From assembly GCA_034530875.2 (NCBI GenBank), contig JAVRCJ020000014.1:32001-96000 (forward strand): a stretch of 64,000 bases of DNA, given 5' to 3'. Positions 48,881-56,885 of this stretch are shown here, piece after piece (the stretch's first letter is position 1; each line of letters begins with the position of its first letter). The notes below the pieces were generated by a model. The model ran no database searches and had not been told where the DNA came from. It saw only the letters and a list, made by a program, of their open reading frames with translations. The position numbers and the translations under genes were made by a program. The stretch comes from Nostoc sp. DedSLP01. Its GTDB lineage: Bacteria > Cyanobacteriota > Cyanobacteriia > Cyanobacteriales > Nostocaceae.

Positions 48881-51800
48881 CTACTCTCCATCTTTCACTT
48901 TCTCTTGTTGATGCCAAGCTTGATAAAAAGCGGGGTAGGGCATAATTTGAGCGCACTTCCAGATAATTTTGTAGCAATTATCAAATTGCTCAAAGCCATT
49001 TTTGTAAGTTTCAGGTGATAGGTAATCTTTCAATGCGGTGACAACACTCGGCATCTGTTCTTCTAACATAATTTGCCCTAAGCTTGATGCCACTCTCGTT
49101 AGGGTATCATCATACAGTCGTAGTTTGCCGATTAACTCCACTAAAGCAGAGATCGCTTTTTGATTGCCACAGCCAATTTCCCCTAAGCTAGATACCGCTT
49201 GTCTTCGGGTATTATCATCCAGTTTTGGTTTGCCGATTAACTCCACCAAAAAATCAATCACTTTTTGGTTGCCAGAGCCAATTTTTCCTAACCTAAATAG
49301 CCCTAGCCTTCGGATAGATTTATTCAGTTGTGGTTTGCCGATTAACTCCACCAAAGCATCAATCGCTTTTTGGTTGTCAAAACCAATTTTCTCTAAGCTA
49401 AATAGCGCTTGAATTCGGGTAAGATCACCCAGTTGTGGTTTACCGATTAACTCCACCAAAGCAGAGATCGCTTTTTGGTTGCCAGAGCCAATTTCCCCTA
49501 ATCTATATGCCGCGAGGCTTCGGGTACGATCATCGAGTTGTGGATTGCCAATTAACTCCACCAACGCAGTGATTGCTTTTTCTTTGCCTGGGTCAATTTC
49601 CCCTAAGCGTTCTGTCGCTTTCGTGAGGGTATCATCATTCAGTTGTGGTTTGCCGATTAACTCTACCAAAACATCAATCGCTTTTTGGTTGCCAGAGCCT
49701 ATTTTTCCTAAGCTTTCTGCCGCTTGTCTTCGGGTATTATCATTCAGTTGTGGTTTGCCGATTAACTTCACCAAAGCATCAATCGCTTTTTGGTTGCCAA
49801 AGCCAATTTGCCCTAAGCTTTCTGCCGCTTGGCTTCGGGTATCATCATCCAGTTGTGGATTGCCGATTAACTCGACCAAAGCAGCGATCGCTTTTATGCG
49901 ATTTGTCTGAGATAGTGCTGTTTCTGCTCCCCATGCAATTGATCTGAAAAATTGTACCCATTCGTTTTGCTCAACCTCAAACTCGCCAAAGCCGCATTTA
50001 ACGATTTCCTTCACAATAGCATCTGTGTTGCCAGAATTTTTCCACTCATCAACCCCCGCAGCAGCGAGAAAATAAGCGCGAAACTCGTAAAATCCTCTTC
50101 TGACTCTATCAATAGCTCTGTATTCTCCGCACCCATCATCAAATTTCACTAACGCCTGAATAAACTCTTCCTTCTCTTCCCTCTCCACATCCTCACGTCC
50201 CAGCCACAGCAAAATCACCTCTTTCCACTGCGGGGCAAAAATGCGATAAACGCCTAGCGCGGGGTTGTCGGGAACATGATTCAGAAACTCGTGCCAATCA
50301 GCGATAGCTAACGCTGCAAAATATTCCTCAAATGTGGTGTGGTAAAAAGCGTAAACTTTCTCTTTCGTTGCTGACTCCGCAGCTAGTCCAACTTCATTTA
50401 GCCATCCCAACTTTAACGCTAACCAAAATAAAGAATTTGGCTGTTTTGCATCGCCTAATTCCTCACGCACAAACTTATGTGTTAGCCGAAACCGTGACGT
50501 TTCTTGATCGATTGCCTTTTTTGCCAAACGTCCCAACGCAGCATTTAATTCTTCTTGCTGCTGTTCGGTGGTAGGGAAGCGATTTTCTTTCCACTTGTAA
50601 AACTCTTCGACAAACTGCTGATAAAGTCCGGCTTTAGTTTCCGGTAAACCTTTATCGGAACCTTGCCAAGTGCTACACAACAGCGCCAACCGCAAAGGAT
50701 TTTTTACTAAATCTTGGATGCGCTGACGTTCAGGTTTATCTAATTCCTGCCATAATCTTTCGCCTTTGTCTGCATCCCTGTTGTGAAACCAATGCCCGAT
50801 AAACTCTTGTACTTGTTGGGGATATTCAAAATTGAGTAACCGATACGTCTCGAAATTTTCTAAAGCGCCGGCGTTTGCTTCCCAAACATTCACGCGACAA
50901 GTCAGCACAACCCGCGCATTTTTCACCCATCCCGCCAACTGTTGGGAAATCTCAGTTAATGGTTGGGGTGAAGACATTTCATCTGCTGCATCCAACAACA
51001 ACCACACACGATTATTTTTGAATAAATCTGCTAAAGTCTTTTTCTCTTCTTCTGTTACATCGTCTACTGGTTCTAAAGCATCCTCCAGCCAATCTTGCAG
51101 CAGATAATCCTTTACACTCTTGCCTTGCAAGTCTGCCAAAGAAATCCAAATTGGTAAACCCAGATTGTTGTTTAATATCCAAAAAGCTATAGTTTGCAAC
51201 TGAGTAGTTTTTCCCGCACCTGGTTCTCCAATTAAAGCGATGTGGTGTCCTTGAGTTTTACCAACACCATCACGGATAATTTGCTCTAAAAAAGCCTGAT
51301 GTTCAAATCGCTGCTTCTCTTCATAACTCGGTTCGTAAAGTCGGGAACCTTGTTCTGCGGAAATATTGTCGCTGCACTTCTTCGGTTTTTTACGTTCCAC
51401 CAATGCTAAAGGGACATGAATTTCCTCTAGCTCAAATTTCATCTCATCATCAGCAAACAGCAACTCATTTGTAGTGAGACGCTTGTGCTTTTGCAGCATA
51501 GCACGGCAGATGCCTTGCCATTCAACACCTTGAGATTTTTCTTTCGCAGTCTTGGGAACTTTAGCAGAGTTATTTTTTTGAGCTTCTCGGCATTTATCCC
51601 ATTTCCCATCTTGCTTAAACAACCACTTGAGGTTTTCTTGTTTATCGATGCTGGGAAACTTGAGCGCAAAACGCCAAACTTTTGAGTTTGTTCTAGTTTT
51701 GGCGTTGGTTTGTTCTCGTTTATCCTCAATAATTTTCAAGCTTATCAGACAGTTAAGCGCATTCCTAATTTCTTCAGCCTTTAAGCTCTGTGTCAGTTCT

Positions 51801-51964
51801 GCCAGTCCTTGTAATGTAGAATGCGTTACCCATAACTCAGTACCCGCTTGCCAACTGGCTTTACAGTTCTTTGATTCTTCTGAGTTTTCGACAAAGGATA
51901 GTAAAGCAGACAGCAATATTTGTGCATGTTCTTTACCAGTCTCGTAGCTAAGATTCCGACCCAT
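48881..51964 (-). CDS. NACHT NTPase with an unknown (possibly wHTH) N-terminus and C-terminal HEAT/PBS-lyase repeats
   Basis: GEPGAGKTT, LLLDAADE, VVLTCR, NPLRLALLC, FYHTTFEEYFAA; about eight 35-aa repeats. Confidence 0.9.
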   Translation of the reverse strand: MGRNLSYETGKEHAQILLSALLSFVENSEESKNCKASWQAGTELWVTHSTLQGLAELTQSLKAEEIRNALNCLISLKIIEDKREQTNAKTRTNSKVWRFALKFPSIDKQENLKWLFKQDGKWDKCREAQKNNSAKVPKTAKEKSQGVEWQGICRAMLQKHKRLTTNELLFADDEMKFELEEIHVPLALVERKKPKKCSDNISAEQGSRLYEPSYEEKQRFEHQAFLEQIIRDGVGKTQGHHIALIGEPGAGKTTQLQTIAFWILNNNLGLPIWISLADLQGKSVKDYLLQDWLEDALEPVDDVTEEEKKTLADLFKNNRVWLLLDAADEMSSPQPLTEISQQLAGWVKNARVVLTCRVNVWEANAGALENFETYRLLNFEYPQQVQEFIGHWFHNRDADKGERLWQELDKPERQRIQDLVKNPLRLALLCSTWQGSDKGLPETKAGLYQQFVEEFYKWKENRFPTTEQQQEELNAALGRLAKKAIDQETSRFRLTHKFVREELGDAKQPNSLFWLALKLGWLNEVGLAAESATKEKVYAFYHTTFEEYFAALAIADWHEFLNHVPDNPALGVYRIFAPQWKEVILLWLGREDVEREEKEEFIQALVKFDDGCGEYRAIDRVRRGFYEFRAYFLAAAGVDEWKNSGNTDAIVKEIVKCGFGEFEVEQNEWVQFFRSIAWGAETALSQTNRIKAIAALVELIGNPQLDDDTRSQAAESLGQIGFGNQKAIDALVKLIGKPQLNDNTRRQAAESLGKIGSGNQKAIDVLVELIGKPQLNDDTLTKATERLGEIDPGKEKAITALVELIGNPQLDDRTRSLAAYRLGEIGSGNQKAISALVELIGKPQLGDLTRIQALFSLEKIGFDNQKAIDALVELIGKPQLNKSIRRLGLFRLGKIGSGNQKVIDFLVELIGKPKLDDNTRRQAVSSLGEIGCGNQKAISALVELIGKLRLYDDTLTRVASSLGQIMLEEQMPSVVTALKDYLSPETYKNGFEQFDNCYKIIWKCAQIMPYPAFYQAWHQQEKVKDGE
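49068..49894 (-). repeat. ~8 x 105-bp coding tandem repeats (HEAT-like)
   Basis: KAI.ALVELIG.PQL.D.TR..A..SLG.IG.GNQ units. Confidence 0.9.
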
Positions 51965-52012
51965 CTAAGTACCGTCATCGAAAAGAAAAAAATTTTCTAA
52001 AAAGTTCTGTGC

Positions 52013-52084
52013 TTTCCCAAGCCAGACATATTTCCCAAGCACTATATGTAGATTCTAAACGGCTTTTAATCAACGCTTGGGAAA
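52013..52084. promoter_or_regulatory. Three exact TTTCCCAAGC boxes in a divergent promoter
   Basis: 52013-52022 and 52031-52040 direct; 52075-52084 inverted (GCTTGGGAAA). Confidence 0.55.
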
Positions 52085-52143
52085 TTTACTTGTCAATTAA
52101 TCCCAACCTTAACCTCGATTTGAAATTGAGGTGAGGTAAATAA

Positions 52144-52398
52144 ATGAAAACTCAGCGTCAGCAAAGCCAAAGCACACGTCAAAAGCTTTATCGCCAAATC
52201 ATCATGGTGTTGTTATTCATGCAAACAGTATTAATTGGTGTAAATGCCGAAAACCGCCTTCAGCAAGGAGACTCACCAATCGAGGTTTTAATATGGATGA
52301 TTAAGGAGTCGATTTCAGTTGTAAAACAAGCCGGCAGTTTGCAAGAAAAACAGAACAAAAGCCTGTTACCCAGACATCGCGGTTCTGAGGATAAATAA
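52144..52398 (+). CDS. Small hypothetical protein with a hydrophobic segment
   Basis: GAGGT RBS; IIMVLLFMQTVLIGVNA; divergent from the NACHT gene. Confidence 0.65.
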   Translation: MKTQRQQSQSTRQKLYRQIIMVLLFMQTVLIGVNAENRLQQGDSPIEVLIWMIKESISVVKQAGSLQEKQNKSLLPRHRGSEDK

Positions 52399-52425
52399 TA
52401 TCACAGCCCCTCTTTGCTTGCAGAG

Positions 52426-53158
52426 CCACAGTGTACACACAAATCGAATTACCCCCCTTAATCCCCCCTTAGAAAGGGGGGAAAAAGAGATCCAGTTCCC
52501 TCCCCTTGACAAGGGGAGGGTTAGGGTGGGGTAATTTCCTTCAAAATACAAATAATTTCCCTAATTTTATCCACCACACCATCAATATTTTGATAAACTT
52601 CCTGATTCGTAAATCTTAAAATCCTCGTACCTTTTGATTCCAAAAATGCTTGGCGATCGCAGTCATATTCTGGGACTCCATCTTGATAGTGACTATCACC
52701 ATCAATTTCTATAGCAAGTCTCAATTCTGGAGAATAAAAATCAACTACAAATCTGTCAATACTGTATTGTCTGCGAAATTTACAGCTTTCAATTTGTTGA
52801 CTTCTAAGCTTTGCCCAAACTATTTTTTCACATGGGGGCATATTGTTTCTGAGAGTTTGGCGTTTTTGCTTTTCTGAGGTTTGGTTATACAGCTTTGTCA
52901 TCAGCGTTTTTATATTTTTATCTGTTTATTATTCCCCGGATTACCCCCCTTAATCCCCCCTTGTAAAGGGGGGAAAAAGAGATCCAGTTCCCTCCCCTTT
53001 ATAAGGCTACGGTGTACGCACAAGTCGAATTACCCCCCTTAATCCCCCCTTGCCAAGGGGGAAAAAGAGATCCAGTTCCCTCCCCTTTATAAGGGGAGGG
53101 TTAGGGTGGGGTAAAACCTTGGTTAATCAGCTATTTCAGACTTGTGTGTACACCGTAG
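52426..53158. mobile_element. Composite repeat element: 20-bp TIRs and three double-hairpin repeats enclosing a DUF559 gene
   Basis: Left ends CCACAGTGTACACACAAATC (52426) and CTACGGTGTACGCACAAGTC (53007); right end GACTTGTGTGTACACCGTAG (53139-53158); hairpin repeat copies at ~52448-52534, 52940-53006 (partial) and 53029-53114. Confidence 0.65.
52521..52901 (-). CDS. DUF559 (Vsr-like) endonuclease domain protein
   Basis: LRNNMPPCEKIVW..LR, KFRRQYSIDRFVVDFY, LAIEIDGDSH, R.AFLES.G.RILRFTN. Confidence 0.9.
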   Translation of the reverse strand: MTKLYNQTSEKQKRQTLRNNMPPCEKIVWAKLRSQQIESCKFRRQYSIDRFVVDFYSPELRLAIEIDGDSHYQDGVPEYDCDRQAFLESKGTRILRFTNQEVYQNIDGVVDKIREIICILKEITPP

Positions 53159-53205
53159 TTTTAGCAAGGGGTGGGCTTCTTCGGGTTGAATAAGTAATCA
53201 AGCGG

Positions 53206-53447
53206 ACAAGTTCATTGGTTCACAACACAAGTTCATTCGTTCACAACACAAGTTCGTTGGTTCACAACACAAGTTCATTCGTCCACAACACAAGTTCATT
53301 CGTTCACAACACAAGTTCGTTGGTTCACAACACAAGTTCGTTGGTTCACAACACAAGTTCATTGGTTCACAACACAAGTTCGTTGGTTCACAACACAAGT
53401 TCATTCGTTCACAACACAAGTCCGTTGGTTCACAACACAAGTCCGTT
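53206..53447. repeat. 21-bp tandem array, consensus ACAAGTTCRTTSGTTCACAAC, 11 full units plus a partial unit
   Basis: Units start at 53206 and every 21 bp to 53416; no spacers. Confidence 0.97.
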
Positions 53448-53597
53448 CTCAACAATTTGTTATTTTTGTCGTGTAATTACTTACTCACAAATTGAATCTT
53501 GTTACAAAAAATACCTTAATATGTAAGCTTTACTGAGCCAATATATCCGCCTATTAAGACACTCTAGAAAGGTAAGTTTAGTAAAAGGTATCCATTG

Positions 53598-53996
53598 ATG
53601 TACCGCAAAAAAAGAAGCTCTAACGTGCTAGAAAAAGCTGAACAGAGAGTAATTGGATTTAAATCGATTGATTCCAACCTTGATTTTGGTGATTCTATCA
53701 GTTTAAAGCATCTAACCGAATTAAATGGGCAACTCCGCAACAAGATTGACAAGTATAATATGATGCTAACTGACATTGACACAACAAAGGAAGAAATAGA
53801 AACCCTTGAAAAGACCATTTGCGAAACTTCAGAACGCTTAGTCAGTGGTGTGGTGTTGAAGTATGGCAAAGACAGTCGGGAATATGAGATGACAGGCGGA
53901 GTACGTAAAAGCGATCGCATTCGCAAAGCCACCATTACCCGGTTAAAATCGAGCGCAGACTCAAAATCGGCTTCTAAACAGACTACGACACCTTAG
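53598..53996 (+). CDS. Basic, helical/coiled-coil hypothetical protein
   Basis: RKKRSSNVLEKAEQR...IDSNLDFG...KYGKDSREYEMTGGVRKSDRIRK; AAAGG RBS; resembles a recurrent Nostocales hypothetical family (from memory, unverified). Confidence 0.8.
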   Translation: MYRKKRSSNVLEKAEQRVIGFKSIDSNLDFGDSISLKHLTELNGQLRNKIDKYNMMLTDIDTTKEEIETLEKTICETSERLVSGVVLKYGKDSREYEMTGGVRKSDRIRKATITRLKSSADSKSASKQTTTP

Positions 53997-54305
53997 TAGT
54001 TAGACCTTTCGCTTTGGTTCTGGAAAGCAGGGGTATTTTGTGGGATTAACTCCAGCTAAAATTTAGTCGGCAATGAAAATTAAAATGTAAATTTACTGAT
54101 ATTTTTAAATATTTTTTAAATTTATTATAGATTTTAATTAATGAGTAAATGCTGACATCTTTTTTCTGTCTTAGGGATTTCAGAAAATAAATTATCCAAT
54201 TTACTTATTCTGTCTCCCTTCTGCACCCCGTACTTCCTACCCCATGCCTACACAGCGATGGGATATTTTTTTTAGTTGTAAATCCCTGAGACGGATTGGA
54301 TACTG

Positions 54306-54632
54306 ATGACATCTGAAAAAGACCGCCATAAAGAACTTGAACAACGAGAACGGATATTAAGAGAACGAGAAGTTGAATTGCGACTTCGAGAAATGGAAGC
54401 TAAAATTCATACAGCTGATGCGCCTTTTCATCAAACTGTTAAGCATCAGGGAGAAAATTCTCAAAAACCTTGGATGAAAAAACTAATTCTTGGTGGCAAG
54501 TTGTTTGCTCTTGGTGTGGTAGCGTTAGTTGCAGTCAGGGTAGCCTCAGTCCTAGCTGGATTTATTATTGTTGCTACATTAGGGTGGGTAACTTACAAGT
54601 TATTTTTTGAATCCCAGAAAATCGATTCTTAA
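54306..54632 (+). CDS. Small membrane protein (charged coiled coil plus 2 TM) upstream of the dynamin pair
   Basis: ELEQRERILREREVELRLREME followed by a hydrophobic hairpin. Confidence 0.8.
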   Translation: MTSEKDRHKELEQRERILREREVELRLREMEAKIHTADAPFHQTVKHQGENSQKPWMKKLILGGKLFALGVVALVAVRVASVLAGFIIVATLGWVTYKLFFESQKIDS

Positions 54633-54648
54633 TACAGGTGTAACTATT

Positions 54649-56727
54649 ATGAGCGAGCAAGTAGCAACTGACAAATTTATCCAAGATTTAGAGCGTGTTG
54701 CTCAAGCGCGATCGGAAATTGCTGTGTCTTTGAGTCAACTTGCTGAAATAATTGGTAAAGCTGAGTTGGCTGGCGACTCGTCATCAGGAAAACTCAGTTT
54801 AGAACGAAATATTGAAGATATTACAGTAGCTAGTAAAAATCTCCGCAAAGGTGTATTTCGCCTTTTAGTTTTGGGCGATATGAAGCGGGGAAAAAGCACG
54901 TTTCTCAATGCTTTAATTGGAGAAAATTTATTACCAAGCGATGTTAATCCTTGTACAGCAGTATTAACAGTTTTACGCTACGGCCCCGAAAAGAAAGTTA
55001 CTATTTATTTTAATGATGGTAAAAGTTCGCAGGATTTAGATTTTCAGAGTTTTAAACATAAATATACCATCGACCCTGGTGAAGCTAAAAAACTAGAACA
55101 AGAAAAAAAACAAGCTTTTCCTGATGTTGATTATGCTGTAGTGGAATATCCTTTAACTTTACTCGAAAAAGGAATTGAAATTGTTGATAGTCCGGGGTTG
55201 AATGATACAGAAGCGCGAAACGAATTATCTTTGAGTTATGTGAATAATTGCCATGCAATTTTGTTTGTGATGAGAGCTTCTCAACCTTGTACCTTGGGCG
55301 AACGTCGCTATTTAGAAAATTACATTAAAGGTCGAGGTTTGACGGTTTTCTTCTTAGTTAATGCTTGGGATCAACTGCGGGAATCTTTGATAGATCCTGA
55401 TGATGTAGACGAGCTACAAGCAGCTGAAAACAGATTGCGGCAAGTATTTAAAGCAAATTTAGCAGAATATTGTTTTGTAGACGGTCAAGATATTTACGAG
55501 GAACGCGTATTTGAGCTTTCGTCAATTCAAGCACTCAGGCGAAGGCTGAAGAATCCCCAAGCTGATTTAGGGGGGACTGGGTTTCCTGAGTTCATGGGAG
55601 CGCTGAATACTTTTCTTACCAGAGAAAGAGCGATCGCTGAACTTCGTCAAATTAGAACTTTAGCAAGACAAGCTGTTAATAATACTCGTGAAGCTGTTGC
55701 AAGAAGAATACCATTACTCGATCAAGATGTAAATGAATTGAAAAAACGAATTGATTCAGTAGAACCAGAGTTTAGCAAACTTACAGGTATTAGGGATCAA
55801 TTCCAAAAAGAAATTCTCAATACCAGAGATAATCAGGCAAGAACTGTTTCTGAATCGTTCCGCGGCTACGTTTTAAATTTAGGAAATACTTTTGAAAACG
55901 ATTTTTTACGCTATCAACCAGAATTAAATTTGTTTGATTTTCTCAGTAGCGGTAAACGAGAAGCTTTTAATACTGCATTGCAAAAAGCCTTTGAGCAATA
56001 TATCGCTGACAAATCTGCGGCTTGGACATTAACTGCTGAAAAAGATATCGATGCCGCTTTTAGAAAACTTTCTCGTAGTGCTGCACAATATGGCGCATCT
56101 TACAGTGAAGTAACAGACCAAATCACTGAAAAAATCACGGGGCAAAAAATTAAACTAAATGCCAATCTTGGTGAAGAGGATAACTCTCCTGGTTGGGCAA
56201 AATGGGCAATGGGATTGTTATCACTGTCTGAGGGAAATTTTGCTGGTGTAGCAATGGCTGGAAGTGGATTTGATTGGAAAAATATCTTGTTAAACTACTT
56301 CACTGTAATTGGTATTGGCGGGATAATTACGGCGGTGACTGGTGTTTTACTTGGCCCAGTTGGGCTTGCACTGCTAGGTTTGGGAGTGGGGTTTTTACAA
56401 GCAGATCAAGCGCGGAAAGAGTTAGTAAAAACGGCGAAAAAAGAGTTAGTTAAATATCTACCCCAAGTAGCACACGAGCAATCTCAAGTTGTATACAATG
56501 CGGTTAAAGAGTGTTTTGATGCTTACGAAAAAGAGGTGAGTAAGCGCATTAATGATGATATTGATTCTCGTAAATCTGAATTAGATAATTTAGTCAAGCA
56601 AAAGGAGAGTCGTGAGATTAATCGTGAAACTGAGTTAAAACGGTTAAAAAGTTTGCAAGAAGATATAATAGCTCAGTTGCAAAAGATTGAGGCGGTGTAT
56701 GGTAATTTGTTAGCTTACTATAGCTAA
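54649..56727 (+). CDS. bdlp: Bacterial dynamin-like protein, BDLP1 type
   Basis: GDMKRGKST, LLPSDVNPCT, DSPG, NAWD; paddle region GFDWKNILLNYFTVIGIGG; C-terminus LLAYYS as in Nostoc punctiforme BDLP1; start placed at MSEQVATD. Confidence 0.93.
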   Translation: MSEQVATDKFIQDLERVAQARSEIAVSLSQLAEIIGKAELAGDSSSGKLSLERNIEDITVASKNLRKGVFRLLVLGDMKRGKSTFLNALIGENLLPSDVNPCTAVLTVLRYGPEKKVTIYFNDGKSSQDLDFQSFKHKYTIDPGEAKKLEQEKKQAFPDVDYAVVEYPLTLLEKGIEIVDSPGLNDTEARNELSLSYVNNCHAILFVMRASQPCTLGERRYLENYIKGRGLTVFFLVNAWDQLRESLIDPDDVDELQAAENRLRQVFKANLAEYCFVDGQDIYEERVFELSSIQALRRRLKNPQADLGGTGFPEFMGALNTFLTRERAIAELRQIRTLARQAVNNTREAVARRIPLLDQDVNELKKRIDSVEPEFSKLTGIRDQFQKEILNTRDNQARTVSESFRGYVLNLGNTFENDFLRYQPELNLFDFLSSGKREAFNTALQKAFEQYIADKSAAWTLTAEKDIDAAFRKLSRSAAQYGASYSEVTDQITEKITGQKIKLNANLGEEDNSPGWAKWAMGLLSLSEGNFAGVAMAGSGFDWKNILLNYFTVIGIGGIITAVTGVLLGPVGLALLGLGVGFLQADQARKELVKTAKKELVKYLPQVAHEQSQVVYNAVKECFDAYEKEVSKRINDDIDSRKSELDNLVKQKESREINRETELKRLKSLQEDIIAQLQKIEAVYGNLLAYYS

Positions 56728-56885
56728 AGTGATTCTCCATTATTGGTAATAAGGAAACAAACCACAGATAAGCAGCAATTAGTTTATCTGTGGTTACTAA
56801 TATGAGAAATTCACGCAGAGACGCAGAGGCGCAGAGAGAAAAGTTTTTAGGAAAAATATATTTTTAAATCTGGAATTCAGGAACT

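Noticed and set aside
49068..49894. Diversity-generating retroelement target
   Set aside because: No reverse transcriptase or separate template repeat in the window, and the differences are not evidently adenine-restricted
49164..49947. Long + strand ORFs antisense to the HEAT repeats, and other antisense ORFs within CHAT, accC, glpX, the kinase and 43612-44163
   Set aside because: Shadow frames of well-supported genes
53206..53447. CRISPR array
   Set aside because: Units are contiguous with no unique spacers, and there are no cas genes in the window. The same applies to 1148-1294.
53501..53514. NtcA-like GTT-N8-TAC upstream of the orphan gene
   Set aside because: Mismatch to GTA-N8-TAC and no correctly spaced -10 element
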